Shown in pieces: positions 1-14,005 of a stretch of DNA of 64,000 bases. The notes under the pieces were generated by a model that saw only the letters and a list, made by a program, of their open reading frames with translations, was not told where the DNA came from and did not search any database. Every line of letters starts with the position of its first letter. The stretch's first letter is position 1. The stretch comes from Oopsacas minuta (Eukaryota; Animalia; Porifera). The translations under genes were made by a program, and so were the position numbers. The stretch covers positions 1-64,000 of the forward strand of contig JAKMXF010000303.1 in the NCBI GenBank assembly GCA_024704765.1, given 5' to 3'.

Positions 1-23
1 ATTTAGGACTAGGATTCCTAATA

Positions 24-1015
24 ATGGCTCCTAATGTGTGGGCGGATAAATACAATATCAAAGGACACTGGGGCTATACCACATCTACTCTAGACTGGTG
101 TGAGGAGAACTATATCGTGTTATTTTATGTCGCAGAGTTCTGGAATACAATTAGCAATGTTTTATTAGTTATTCTTCCGTTATGTTTAATATATTCATAT
201 TATATACAGAAATTTGCTTTTATTCACATTCTGGCTGTATCCTCAGTATTTACTGTTGGAATAGGTTCTGTTCTCTTTCATGCCACTCTCCTCTATCATA
301 TGCAAATGATGGATGAGCTGCCAATGCTTATTGCTGCTTCTTTCTTGGTATTTAATATGATGACCATTACAGTAGCTGATGGTTCTGTTTGGAAATTTAT
401 TATCGGATTACTCCTTTCAATTTTCTGTATTTTCGCTATTGTCGTATACTTGGTTATTAATGATCCTCTGTTTCATGAAGCTTGTTATGGAATATTGGTA
501 AGTTGTGTAAGCTTAATCTGGCATTCTAATTAAGGCTTAAGTTGGTTATATTCCAAAATTTGTGTAGGACATTTTCCTACATCGTTTGTAGTACGTATTC
601 CGCCTATCATGAATTTGTTATATAATAGAGTATATTATTTTATTTTATGATATTTATCGTGTAGATATTTTTATCTTTCATCGCTTCATTTGGTACAATC
701 TTCAAACATGAGCTATACAACTGTGCCAAACTCCTAATCACAGGCTACTCAATCGTAATAGTTGCATTCATATTGTGGAACGTGGAAAATACATTTTGCC
801 CACAGGTTCGTTCTGTCAGAGATAAATCTGGTTACTTCCGTCCTCTGTTTGAGCTCCATGCTTGGTGGCATATTCTCTGTGGATTAGGTACACATGTTAT
901 AGTTCTATCGCACACTAAGCTATTGCTATCTTACAGGGATATTGCTTACGAATTTCGGTATTATTTCGGTATAATACCGTATATTCAGCAGCTAAGTAAA
1001 GAGAAGAATGTTTAA
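24..1015 (+). CDS. ACER3: Alkaline ceramidase (ACER3-like), join(24..497,665..1015)
   Basis: WG..TSTLDWCEENY, EFWNTISN, GSVLFHATL, MDELPM and HAWWH motifs of the CREST ceramidase family. GTAAGT..TAG intron 498-664 restores the frame. Confidence 0.92.
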
Positions 1016-1212
1016 TTGATCAGCTGTTTTTAGCTAATTATCTATTTATTGTGTTTTCATGATTACATGTGTATTTATTTACAATATTTTCGAATAGAGC
1101 AATATAATAAATAAGTATGTTCTATATATTGATAACAAACTTGATGCTATACAAACAAACAACAATTTACAAATTTTTATTTATTCACAATTAAGGTAGT
1201 ATACGTATACTC

Positions 1213-3427
1213 ATGACTTATAGTGGTGTGAATAGAAGCACCTCTGGTCTCACGGCAGAAGACAATTACTATGGAGAAGGACAGGAGGCATATCAATCTG
1301 AGCTGAGACAGAGTAGCATATCACCTGAGGTATCTGAATTTCTTTACAACTTGCTAGAACAAATTCTGTTTACAACACAAGAGGAAGTACAAGATAAACA
1401 GAGGAAAGGAGAGCTATCTCGTCTCTATGATAACTACTTCTACCTATCTGATAAGTACTATCAGTTGTATCGCTGGCCGACAGTGGAGGAGGTGAGCAGA
1501 CACCTGAACATAGACAGTGAAATAGAGGGATGGCAGATATCTGTGAGTACAATTTATACTCTACAACATAAATATTTATTATCTTGTTTATTATCTTAGA
1601 TATTTAGACGTCTCTATTCAGAACTTTTCATAAGACACTCGCTGGAGTTAAGTGAGTCTAAAGCTCCTGCTCCTTTCTCCTACAGTGACTATTGTGACAG
1701 TATGGATATATACCTGGGTTTATTCAATCTGCTACTGAATGAATGTAAAGAGCCACTTAATTTCGATCTACCTAGTCAATGGATATGGGATATCATTAAC
1801 GGATTCCTCAAGCATCATGAAAGCTTTTTGATTTGGCGCTCTCAGGTGAAAAAGCGTTCCCTCAAAGAGAGACAACTGCTACGAGACTCAGACAACCTCT
1901 GGACGGTTGAGCTAGTATTGAATGCACTCAATACTCTCATTAAATTCTCTAATATAAATGAACAGCTGGAGGCGTATCATAAGACGAAAGATCCAGAAGC
2001 AGCTAAAGAGGTAAGTATTTATCTATTTATTGTTCCATAACCTCTCTAATACAGTTAACTCACGTTATGTCAAACACGGATATATTGAATACCCGCTGAT
2101 AGCGAAGTCTGAAAACAAATATGGTCCAAAACCGTCTAAGTAAGATAAAATTCCATAGGTTATTCATTTATATCGAACTCCGCTATCGAAGTAAACATCG
2201 CTGTACCTTGAGCTTTGATATAGAGAGTTAACTGTACATCTTATGCTATTGGATCTAGCGGTCTCTCCTTTTACGTCTAATTATAGCAATTTATTTTGTA
2301 AATTTCATATACAAAGTTCACTCATTTCATTATTTCATTCTCTTTTTACTTAACATTTTTCTAGGCTGGAAATAAGTACGGGAGGCAGCCTCTCTACAGG
2401 AACCTCGGCTACTTCAGTCTATTTGCACTACTGAAGCTTCACACACAGCTGGGAGATTTTCACGAGGGTTTACTCTCTGTGAAGAATATTCGCATTACAC
2501 ATCAAACCCTTACAAGGATGACTATTCCCCTAAGTGCAATCAATCTAGTATATAATATGGGATTCTGTTACTTCATGATGCGTCGTTACCTAGATGTAAT
2601 CAGAGTATTCTCTGAGATAACTCAGCTCACACAGAGCTGGTCTCTAGGGCAAGGCTCTATCTCAGGCGAGCAGATTATGAAGATACAAGTTGAGCTTATA
2701 GTCAATAAATGTAATAAAATACTTGCTTTCATCACTCCTCTTATTCCGCAAGTAAGTTTGTATTAATTATAGCTTTCTCGTTCTAATATTATTATTAATT
2801 GGCTGTTAACAGAACTTTGATGATAAAACTACAAAATCTCTATCTCGCATAACTACACTTAACGAAGCTATATCTACCTTCAGGCTGGAAGAATTAAGAG
2901 ATTATTTCTACCAATGTTGTCCTCAGTTCCTCCCTACTACCACACCTGATTATGATAATTTAGTGGATCAGAGTGAGAGTTGTGTAGAACACCAATGGGA
3001 AGTGTTTTTATCTGATTATATTCCTCAGATGTTCATACCTAGGGTTAGAGGTTATCTTAAATTTTATGCTTCTCTTCCTCTCAGCAAGCTCGCGGAATTC
3101 CTAGCATCGGAATATGCTGAATTTTCTCAGGAGCAAGTAGAGAAATACATGATCCCTAACGATATAGAGCGACTCCGGTCTTTCCTCATGTGCTATAAAC
3201 ACAAGATGTATTCACCTGTATGGATGGGTGACTCACCACTTGAAGGCATGCATCGCAGTGCCAATGATCTAGAGTTCTATCTGGATGGAGACATGATACA
3301 TATCGTGGAGAGGAAGAAGAGAGATCAGACATATGAAGAATCGTTTGTTGATGAAATTCTTAAGTTACGGGACTTGAGGAGTCAGATCATAAAACCTAAT
3401 CAATCTTTTCATCAAGCACAATATTAG
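1213..3427 (+). CDS. EIF3L: Translation initiation factor 3 subunit L, join(1213..1542,1600..2010,2365..2751,2813..3427)
   Basis: LPSQWIWDII, YGRQPLYRNLGYFSL, GFCYFMMRRYLDVIRVF and EFYLDGDMIHI match eIF3L. Three phase-0 GT-AG introns join the ORFs in frame. Confidence 0.92.
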
Positions 3428-3893
3428 ACATTATTATTAGGTGATTAATGCGGTTATATTGAGTTAGTTACATGTACTTGTTACAATTAACGAGGGTTCA
3501 TGCTATATGCTCATTACAGGTATTTAGGTGAATGGTGTATGTATTTTCTTGGTTTTCTATCATATCTTTTAAACCACTTATCACACGTACATAGGTATAT
3601 TACTCCATTCATGTATTTGTAATTCGCAGTCTGGCATTAATCTCATCCTCTCAATACTATAGAGTCAGTTTTAACCTGTGCAGCTGTGTTATATTTATAA
3701 CACCATTGTTAACTTTCAGAGTATTTCTTAATTTCTTCCAAATTTTCGCAATTGTTTCACTTTCTACTTGAATCCACATGCGGAATTATTTACCTATCTA
3801 TTAATAATAGCTCATATCAAACTAACTTTATTTAATACAAATATCACTGAATTAAGTTTATATACAAACAGTAGACAAACTGCTACTACAGAG

Positions 3894-6800
3894 ATGTCAG
3901 CGGCTAATCTGTCTGAAGGGATTGTCAAGACAGAACCTGATCTCTCACCTGTACCATCCGGTGGGAAAGATTTCGCTACCGGAGCTATTGTGAGCATATA
4001 TTTAAGGAATTTCGTCACTTACGAAGAAGTGAAGTTCTACTGTAAGCCTGGTTTGAACTTAATACTTGGTCCCAATGGATCTGGAAAGTCTACGATCGTT
4101 TGTGCCCTCTGTCTGGGATTGGGAGGTTCTCCTAAGTTGCTGGGGAGAGCTAAAGATGTTAAGGAATTCGTGAAGAGAGGATGTATCGAAGGTGAAATAG
4201 AGTTGCAACTTTTCCGGAAGCGTGGACGATCTCTCATAATCAGACGCTGTATCAACAGTACTAACTCGAAATCTAAATGGTATATTGATGGACGACCCAG
4301 TAAATTGGAGACTGTAACAGTAGAAATACAAAAGATGAATATTCAACTTGCAAATTTATGTCAGTTCTTACCACAAGACAAAGTATGTTCCTCTATTATT
4401 ATATATATATATACCTTAAGAAAGTTATCTTATATTCTATTCAAGGTTGTAGAGTTTGCTAAGATGGATAAGTACAAGTTATTGCGAGCTACAGAGCAAG
4501 CTATCGGACCAGCTGATCTAGATGAAATGCACGAGGAATTGATTAATCTTAGAGATAAAGAGAAAAATACTAAGAAGAATTTGGAAACAATGAATGACAA
4601 ATGCAAACAGTAAGTACAGCTAACTCAGCTTAATTGGGACACAATCACTTGTCACAGTTAAGTGAGTTGTAGATTAACTAAATACGATCCGCTTCGCTTG
4701 CTCGCACAAAGAGTGTTCACATATAACTCGGGACTTCGTGCCTCGATATTTTCATAAGAATTAAGAACGACTATTATTTACACATGACTACATTGAAAAA
4801 GCGAAGTTTGGAATCAGCGTATTCGACTACCCCAGATATAAACGTTGAAAGTTAAGACTATTTAGAAATTTATTTACTTTATACACTTAAGCAACAACAA
4901 ATATTCGCACTAAGTTGTTGACAATATCATCTTTGGAATCAGTGTACTACATTTCCTAGAATAACCGTTATTAGAAAGTTGTTTACTTTATATTCTTAAA
5001 AAAACAAATAATTTTACATATGATTAATTCAAAAGTGTGAAAATCGGATTCAGCATATTCGATATATTTAGTCAAGTTTATTGAATTCAGTTTTACTTTC
5101 TTGATAACACGATAATGATAAATATAGTTATGCGGCAACTGAGAATTGCGAAATTAGAATTCGATACAACATTCCATAAATCCTTTCCTTGACAACGGAC
5201 AAATAGACAACAATAACAATTTAGAGGCCTCACACAAAGTAGTCACGGCGCTGATTACGTGTATGTATCAGCTTTGCATTTAAGTTTGGGTATATTCGAT
5301 TATCATGTTAAGATCTAAACTGAGCAAACAGTCACGAAATATCCCATCTGATAACTCGTTTTTCACAATATCTATGTATTAATAGGTTGACACAGCTTAA
5401 TCAGCTGGTACAAGGTGATGTAGAACGGTATATGGAAAGGCAGAAAGTTATAGAAAATGTACAAGAGTTAAAACAGAAAAAATCTCTGATAGAATATCGT
5501 CATGCAAGAGAGAGATGGCAGAACATGAATAAGAATAAGAAGGAAGCTATTAGTATTCTGTCACAAGCTACAAAACACCTACAACCTGTTGAGTCATCCA
5601 TAACAGAAGTAGAGAAGCAGGTTAGTGAGAATACTGGCCGAATCAGACTATTCGGTGCATACTGTGATGACATTGATTATAGCCAGCTATATACGTAAGT
5701 ATATGGCGTATACTATATACATGATAGCTAGGATAAGCTAGTTAACATATCTAACTGTGCACCAGTAGACTTATGATCAGGATTAGACTATTAGAGAATA
5801 TATTCTCTCTTATATGAGTAAATATACTGTACAATTAGACAATTTGAGAGTGGATCTTAACTTCTTAAGTGTATATAATAGTATTGAGTGTTAAAATACA
5901 AATAGGGACTATAATCAATACAATTACACTTCATTTATCTAGACTTAGGGATATATACAGTATAACTATGTACTATATTAATTGCCCTGCAATTAATTGG
6001 GTATACGTTTTGTGAATGTAGATAGAGAAACTGCGGATGGAGTCTCACCAGCTTTCTATGAAATACAGACAAGGTGATAAGTCACTACACCAGCTGATTG
6101 AGAACATCAGACAGCTGGTAGACGAGCTAGACGGACCTAGACGAGAATTCCAAGAGAAACAGCAACAAGAGCAGAATAGAATTAGTAAAATTGAGAGCTT
6201 GCAGCGTGACATAACAAAGCTTCAGGATGAACTTACCAACCTCCCTGCTCTAGTAGACATTAAACCTGAGTTAAATAGACTATCTAAGGAAACCAAAGAT
6301 ATAGATTATAAAATACGGAACTTCCAAGTAAATATAGTTATACTAGAATATTTGTTACTTTTATGCATTAACATATTATCTTATCTAGGACAGAAAAGAC
6401 GAATTAAATGAAAATAAACATCACTTAATTCGCCAACTTGATGATATCAGAAGAGAAATACATGTGCTCAATGATATCCGTACTCAGAGATTGAAAATGA
6501 TGGCTCATTCAGAACCAGATACAATTGCCTCAGTAGAATGGCTTATAAAGAACAAAGACAGGTTTAAAATGCAAATATTTGAGCCGATCATTACTGTTGT
6601 TAATGCAACTAATGTTAAGTACGCCAAGATGTTAGAGGCTTGCATTAAGTTCAAGGAGAGATATGCCTTTGTAGCTCAGAATGTAGAAGTGAGTATTTGC
6701 AGTAAACTTAATATTTCGTATTATTTTGTAGATTTGCCAGTCATCCAGCTTATTAGCTAAATATTTTACCCTACGGGATGCTTTTGGCCTCAATTCTTCA

Positions 6801-8705
6801 AACGATTAAGTATATTCACTTTTTGCTATAACAGTTCTTACAGTTTATGTTGATAGATCCTCAATGAATAAGAAATACAAATTCACGAGCCTACCCCCAT
6901 CTCCCTAACATTTAGTACCATGAATTACAGTATGAATACAGCTTAATTGTCAGTTTACTTCACCTGTGTTATTATAAGGTTGAGTAACTTGGTTATGTGT
7001 TTATGTTAGACATTATTCCAAATAGGATGCAGAACTATTCCTAGAGGAACAACGAGTGAGAAAGGATTTGCGTATAGATTGTGTACGAGCACCTAACAAG
7101 CCTCTATCATCTTACCAACACCCTTATCCCCTGGAAGAGATAAAGAAGTTCCGTTTTGAGACCTACATCTCTGAAATAATCGATGCTCCTATTCCTATAC
7201 TAGCGTACATGTGTGAGAATTTCAATGTACACAGGATTCCAATACACAAGAATAAAGAGCTAGCTGAGCATGAAACAAAACAAATTCAGGCACATTTACC
7301 AAATATCCGTACTTTCTACACACAAGAGGTTCGTTACGTCATCAGCGGTAGTCGTTATGATCCAGACAAGAGGATTATCAGAACAGAAAGCATAAGAAAC
7401 CCTTACTTTCTTACAAAGACAGGGCAAGTTAGCGGGGAGGCGGAGCTGCAGAACAAACAAGAGGAGACTCTGAGGAAGTTGTCGGTACTAGACACACAGC
7501 TGAAAAGTCTAGACTCCCATGAGCAGCAGCTCAGGGTAGAGCTGGAGAAGCTGAGACGACAGAAAAATAGTTTAACAGATGTTTCCTCAACCAGGAAGAA
7601 ATTGGACAGTAATATTCTGATTAAAAATACTAAATTGGATGAATTATCTAAGACTACGTTTGATGTACAAGCTGAGGAGAGGAGATGTCAGGAGCAGATT
7701 GATGCGATACAGGAGAAGAGAATACAAATTTCTACCAAGCTCTCTAACATGAGTAGACTACAGAAAGATAATATTAAAGAGCAGCTACACTTTAACCTCA
7801 AGAAAGTACAACTTGGTATTAAAAAGTCAGATCGTCTCAGAAGCATTAGAAAGTACAAGGAGGAAGTTGAAAAGGCTGAATCTAAGGTAGCAGAGTTTAC
7901 AGAGGTAGAGAAGGAACTGAAGAATAATGCTAATACTCTACTTGGATATGTAGAAGAGTTGTTAGGCTATAAAATAACTGAAATACCAATATCTATGAAG
8001 CAGAGACTGATGACTGGAACGGATGAGGAGGATTCTCTGCAGAAAATACAAACTCAATTGCATGAGTATCAAGCTAAGTTAGAGCTGTGTATTGCTACTG
8101 ATCCTCACACAATAAGGCAGTATACAGATCGTAATCAGGAAATTAATGGAGTACGTGATGCAATTGAGAGAGAGACCAAAGAGAACGATAACACTCGGGG
8201 CAGGATTGAGCAGCTTAAAGTTCGCTGGTTGGAGCCGTTAAAGAAATTGTTAGAAGAAGTGAATAATCGATTTTCTTACTATTTCAACCAGATCTCATGC
8301 AGGGGAGAAGTGAAGCTAAGTATTGAAGATTTCTCTGGAGAAGATGAGTTTGACAAGTATGGTGTTACTATCAATGTAAAATTCAGAGATGAGGAGGAAT
8401 TACAACAGTTGACAGCTTTTCATCAGAGCGGTGGAGAACGTTCTGTCAGCACCATTCTCTACCTGATGGCTCTACAAGAACATGCACAATCTCCCTTCCG
8501 AGTAGTGGATGAGATAAATCAAGGCATGGACTCACATTATGAACGCTGTGTGTTTGACTTTATAACAAACTCAGCCAGTAAGCAGAACACATCTCAGTAC
8601 TTCCTTCTTAGTCCTAAGCTCCTCCCCTCCCTTAAGTTTTCCCCAGACATGGCTCTACACTTCATATGTAACGGACCTGGCATAGGAGAGATTTCATTAC
8701 ACTAA
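3894..8705 (+). CDS. SMC5: Structural maintenance of chromosomes protein 5, join(3894..4382,4446..4609,5386..5620,6022..6327,6389..6688,7026..8705)
   Basis: Walker A GPNGSGKS(TIVCALCLGLGG), NLCQFLPQDK, long coiled coils, signature QSGGERS and Walker B FRVVDEINQGMD. Confidence 0.95.
4690..5215 (-). mobile_element. Truncated copy of non-autonomous Helitron-like family in SMC5 intron 2
   Basis: Shares CGCTTCGCTTGCT, AAAGTGTGAAAATCGGATTCAGCA and AATCCTTTCCTTGACAACGGACAAA blocks with the complete copy at 31930-33017. Termini are missing. Confidence 0.65.
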
Positions 8706-9479
8706 TTATATTAGACTGAGCAGTGAGCATATTTTGACATGTTATTCATTTCACACCTTGTAGAGCCAGCAGGTAGAGGAAAAAATTTTAATTTCAGTTT
8801 TCTATTAGTGAGTATTTTAATGATCTTATAACACAATTTAATTTACTGAACTCCTGCTAAGGGCTTACTTAGTTTTATGGATTAATAAATAATATACCAG
8901 TTTGTATACCTCCCGAATTATATATTTCTTTACACGCTTTTTCGTACAGATTCGATGTGCGGATCCATACGTCCGTCCCCGCGATCCTGCGAAATATTGC
9001 AGACCGATTATATACCAATTAATAGGCATGTACGCAGGCACTTTGAGGTGTACCATGGATATGAACTTTTTGGTGATTAATCATATGTTTACACAATCTT
9101 CGCTTTAATTCATCTTTACAAATCTTGGTGAGATTTCGTTGCATTAATTAACTAGCACTAATATCGTGTTGTGAGGTAACCAGTCGCTAATTAGAATGTT
9201 ATAACATCCATCCCATACTTGCAACCTGAGTGATTAAAAAGTGGAACGAAATGGCTGATTTAGCGAGACATCGCGGGACGTAGAGTACCATGCTAGCATT
9301 AGATTGGACTTACAAAATTCGTGACTAATAAGGGTTTCGGAATGTATCAGCGGGACATTAGCCTCTACACATGTCCGAACTTCCCGCCAATATCGTAACA
9401 GTTATCGAATATACCATTCAAAGAGAAGAACAAAACTCCTTCAGTTTGCATGCATGCCTCTGGTAACTATGGAGTGGGA

Positions 9480-10190
9480 CTTCTCTCCTGAGAGAACAAA
9501 CACATGAATGTACAGATTGTCTTGCCAGCTAAACACAAATATTCAATGTTCGAGATCTAACATCTCTACATGATATACCCTAAGATTAAATGCACATCTT
9601 GTTTCTCTTATGAATGAGAATAGAATATCTATTGATTTGGAAGGGCTGTGTCTAGCTTGCATTGACTGATCTACGAGAAGTTTACATCAACACATATAGT
9701 CATGGTTAGGTATCTTAGCAAGTGTTTGAAATTTGTTTAGTTGCAGGATTTGGAGTAAGTTGTGGAATTAATCTGGTACATAGAGACGTTGATTTGGAGA
9801 GAAAGATATAGAGAGTGGTTAGGATGATTGAATTCTTCACTATCATATCCATTCTTGCCAAATAGCTTTATCCTTGTTAAGTCTGGTAGCATGAATAGAA
9901 AGCTAGATGATTTCCTGTTTCCATGACATAAAGGCTATCCTGATAGGTTAGCATACTTCATAACTGCTTCAGGTCTTGAGCTCAGAATCGGTTGAGCTGG
10001 TCTCTTCCTGTCAGAGAGAATATTTCATTATAATGTTATTCATCTCTGCCACATAAATGTGTCCGATTCTGATACCTTTTGAGAGTTACGAATTTATCAG
10101 TAGTCCCCTCCAAAAATTATAGAATACATTGATCATACCAAGGATAGTGGGAAGCTGGATAGATGCTGCTATACCCATGACCATATCCTT
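9480..10190 (-). pseudogene. Degraded NHL-repeat (beta-propeller) coding remnant
   Basis: Hand translation of the minus strand gives GHIYVAEMNN and LYVMETGNH...LFGKNGYDSEEFNHP, which resemble NHL repeats, interrupted by stops and frameshifts. Boundaries are approximate. Confidence 0.4.
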
Positions 10191-10469
10191 ATGAGTCTAA
10201 ATCTTTCATATTAAATTATTAACAAAAAATAACTTATTTATAGCTCAACTATACTATAGTACAGTTTTTGTGTATTAGCTTCTCTATGTTCGAGGAAAGG
10301 TCATTTATTAGGCCTAATGAAAGCCACCTTTTTGGGATGAGGGTATGGGGTTTTTGTATTACAAAAACTACTATAGTATAGTTGGGCTATATATAAGGAA
10401 TCTGTTCAATTAATTATTGCATTTAATGGTTTGTGTTATTATACTTATATTACATAGCCATTTTCCAAT

Positions 10470-10900
10470 ATGTTTCGCGGATATGCACCACCTGCCTTAA
10501 TGCATACTCCTACCACTCATCCCGCGTTCCAAGAGGTGAGGGATTTTATAAATGCAGACGTAACTAGAATAGTCTCTGCACTTCAAGAAAAGAAAACACT
10601 GATGTTTCAAGAACTAGACTCTGGAGAAAGAATTCTTACGAACACAACAACAACAACAAACTGAATTGGCTAAACTTGGAAATCTGAAATCACATGCTGA
10701 AGGGTTGACGCTGGGGTACCTAGCTGATGTCCAAGATAGACTGGCACAGGATATACAGATCGGGATTTCTAAACTAAATTTGGACATTGAGAAGTCCAAA
10801 ATCCCCCTTATATTATTCAAGCTGAATGGGTGTTTAAGGTAGAAAATTTGATTTGGCAAATAAGGAATTCTAAAATAAGTTATTACAACCGAGGCCCTAA
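10470..10900 (+). pseudogene. Frameshifted coiled-coil coding remnant (possibly the N-terminus of a coiled-coil/NHL protein)
   Basis: ORF 10470-10664 continues in another frame after an ACA repeat (ELAKLGNLKSHAEGL...IGISKLNLDIEKSKIP) with heptad character, followed by stops. Confidence 0.3.
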
Positions 10901-11166
10901 AGATTTTGGTAAGTTAACACCTTATTCTCCTGAAACTATTCCTTCTGGGACTAATCTCTATACTAATCCCTCTGATCACTCTTATACTTTCAAATCCCCT
11001 TGATGACACGATTATTTTGGCTCATTATTTCGTAGAGATGTTTTGGTATTTTGACGTCCCCGATTTATACATTTCAAACTATTGTTATTGTTTATTTGCA
11101 TTTTGTAAGGATGTACCAATGTAGAGTACAACTTGAACATTACTATGAACCTTTACTACGTTTGAA

Positions 11167-11224
11167 TTGTGTTGTGTTGTGTTGTGTTGTGTTGTGTTGT
11201 GTTGTGTTGTGTTGTGTTGTGTTG
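11167..11224. repeat. (TTGTG)n pentanucleotide microsatellite, about 11-12 units
   Basis: Perfect period-5 repeat, read directly. Confidence 0.95.
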
Positions 11225-12307
11225 TTGTTTCTGTTGTTGTTCAGGTTTAATTCTGGGTTCAAGGGGGATGCGACCAATATACAGGGCATATCGCCAATTC
11301 ATTCACTAAAAGAAATTGCTTGAATTAAACTCATAACCAAGATAAATTGATAAACTTCTCTCAGGTGATAGATATTGCTTTGACATTTATGGAAAAAGAT
11401 ATAAACGATGACAACTATACGAAATTATTTTAGAATTTGTATCTTCAAAGTTAGAACCTTACCATTACGTGTTTAAGCGGATAAAAAATATTGTATCTAG
11501 ATTATTTTGAGAGTAAGTTGCGTTATTTGTGAGATAAAGTTTTCAACTTCAGTTTTCAGTTCTAGAATTGGGGATTGTTTTTATAGATTTAATGCAACAT
11601 TACTACGATGACATTTTCATGACCTCCGCCACTCGCTGGGGATACCTACAATTGACCTATTTCAATGATAGAACTCCACCATCTGTATTTTTCCTTTGGG
11701 TATCGCTCAACAATTCTATCTTTGCGTTATACAAATGTCATAAACTCCTGAATAAAATCCAAAATATTGAACCAGATGGTTCTAAACTTTTTCAGTAATA
11801 TCACATGATATTTTTGTGATAGAATTGGTGAAACACCCTGCATAGTGTATAGAGGGCAATAATATTTAAGAGTGGGATAGCTAGGAATTTGAGGTTAGTT
11901 TAAATTTGAAACCCTGGGTGCAACTAAACTCAATCTAATTTCCATGTTCAGGACAACTAATTTGATACACTAATCAACTCTCTGAATAAAAAATTTCATA
12001 TACCAACAATATATTTATCTACTATTTCCAATAAAGTGCATTTTGTCTACTTGCTTTACTCTCATAATCGCCTTGTTTATGCGATTTCTACACCGACGTT
12101 ATTTCGATGTGTTTGGGTTCTTATTGCGTCCAAAACCCAGGGATTTCACCTTTCCTGCTTTCCATCTCGATATTACTGAACACCAAAATACAGAGATTAA
12201 TAAATAGATACAAAAACAAAATAATGCTTTTCTTCCCCAACTAAGTGTATATATATTACTCTTAAACAAACACTATGATAACACACATAAAAAGGTGGAA
12301 ATCAATA

Positions 12308-14005
12308 CTAAGAACACATCTTTGAGGCACACAAACAAGAGGCCCCAACTTTAATGTCAGCATATACGCTTGCTTTCTGGTACTTCTCAAAGATAGACTT
12401 AGCCTCCTCCAACTTGTTTTGTGCTTTCAATGTTTGATGAAGACCCAATAATGACCACATGTTATCTTTGTAGTTAATCAAGTCTTCTCGATACACAGCT
12501 TCAGCTTCTTGAAAGTCTCCATGTTCTAACAATAGTGCACCTAGCACGTGTCTGGTAGGCATCATCCAAGACCAGGGCTCGTCATAGATTAAACTAGCAT
12601 CACGCTTGACTGCAAGACGGAGATGGTCAAATGCTTGATGGTAATTCCCTTTCCGATATTCAATTTCACCATTTAAGACGGATTCTGCAACATCCAGAAT
12701 ACCTTTCCCCAGCTGTTCAGGATCATACATTATGTTATTGAGGAGAAATCTCTCAGCTAGCGATTTATCTTTCAGAGATTCATAGAATAAATCACGTTCT
12801 ACCTCAGCTTCTGCTACTTTACCTAATGCAGCGTATGCTACAGCTCTAGCATATCTTGACATGGCAATACTGCTAGGATATAAATCTTTGTCCTGTTCAA
12901 TTGGTCTTTTCACAATGTCTTCCCATTTGCCAAATCGAACCAAAACTTCCCAAATAATGACTCTCATTGGTTCTAGAAACATTGTTCCTATTGGAACCTC
13001 TCCTATCTTACAAGTAATAGCTTCCTTTGTCAGATATTCTAGAATACCTTCAGTTAATTGTAAAGATTTTCCAAATTGTCCGATGAACATGGCGGCCCAA
13101 ATAGCGGAATGTATGGTATGCATACGACCTACTTTATAAAAGTTATTCTCCACTTTGCTAGTTAACATGTATCTCTTATCAGCTTCAATTGCTAGTTGAT
13201 TCACTTCCATAGCTTGTTGGTAGTGCCCTATCCACATGTCGATATGGGAAGCCATGTGAATCAAGTGTCCATAATCCTTCACTGTATCACGAAAAACATT
13301 TGCACATGGTAATGCTTTCTCAGGTGTAGCAGAGAGTTCCATTGCGTGAATGTAGAAATGACACAAACCTGGATGCTGCGGTGATTGCTTAAGGGCATTT
13401 TCAAGTACCTTAACTAGCTCTCCTGTCTCTGGGATTCCTTCCTTGTACTCAGGATATCGAGTCCATAACTTCCAAGGAGCTAAATTCATTAACGACTCAG
13501 CAAAGAAGGTAGCAACTTCAACTTTATCTCCGTATTTGCTATACACACTACGCATAGCATTAGCATAATTCCTGTTCAATTGATCAAATGGTACAGAACC
13601 TACTGGGGAACAGAATCTATGTACCTGTGCCTCTATTAATCCTATTTCCCAATCAGTCACAGTGACTTTCTTAGACACTGACAAAGCCTTCTGTGCTTCC
13701 TCAAATCCGTAAGCATAATCCAAACCATTCAGGTTATTGTAAAACCCCGCATTACTGTAAGCAATAAGATAATGAGCCATAGCACAATCATTGTCATACG
13801 TGAGAGCTTGTTTACAATCGAGGATAGCTTGTTCATGATTGAAGTTGAATAATTGTAGTAGTGCATCATCTATTAATTGTAAACATGTACTGGAAGAGCT
13901 GGTTACCTGGTTGTACATACCTCTAGTGAGATCTTTTGCCATTTTGTTTGTAAGATTTTCTACTAAAACAACACAACTACTGAATATCATAATAATTAGA
14001 CACAT
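12308..14005 (-). CDS. Intronless TPR-like alpha-helical protein of a family typical of bacteria and fungi; function unknown
   Basis: 565-aa ORF with FNFNHEQA...DNDCAMAHY, HPGLCHFYIHAME, GHLIHMASHI, YDEPWSW and NMWSLLGL motifs. The true start may be the later Met (MAKDL). Confidence 0.8.
   Translation of the reverse strand: MCLIIMIFSSCVVLVENLTNKMAKDLTRGMYNQVTSSSSTCLQLIDDALLQLFNFNHEQAILDCKQALTYDNDCAMAHYLIAYSNAGFYNNLNGLDYAYGFEEAQKALSVSKKVTVTDWEIGLIEAQVHRFCSPVGSVPFDQLNRNYANAMRSVYSKYGDKVEVATFFAESLMNLAPWKLWTRYPEYKEGIPETGELVKVLENALKQSPQHPGLCHFYIHAMELSATPEKALPCANVFRDTVKDYGHLIHMASHIDMWIGHYQQAMEVNQLAIEADKRYMLTSKVENNFYKVGRMHTIHSAIWAAMFIGQFGKSLQLTEGILEYLTKEAITCKIGEVPIGTMFLEPMRVIIWEVLVRFGKWEDIVKRPIEQDKDLYPSSIAMSRYARAVAYAALGKVAEAEVERDLFYESLKDKSLAERFLLNNIMYDPEQLGKGILDVAESVLNGEIEYRKGNYHQAFDHLRLAVKRDASLIYDEPWSWMMPTRHVLGALLLEHGDFQEAEAVYREDLINYKDNMWSLLGLHQTLKAQNKLEEAKSIFEKYQKASVYADIKVGASCLCASKMCS

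Noticed and set aside
2056-2140. Possible extra exon within EIF3L intron 2
   Set aside because: The flanking exons join directly to match the eIF3L consensus, and the segment has a stop in the frame that would be needed.
11051-11323. ORF with CCVVL repeats
   Set aside because: This is translation of the (TTGTG)n microsatellite.
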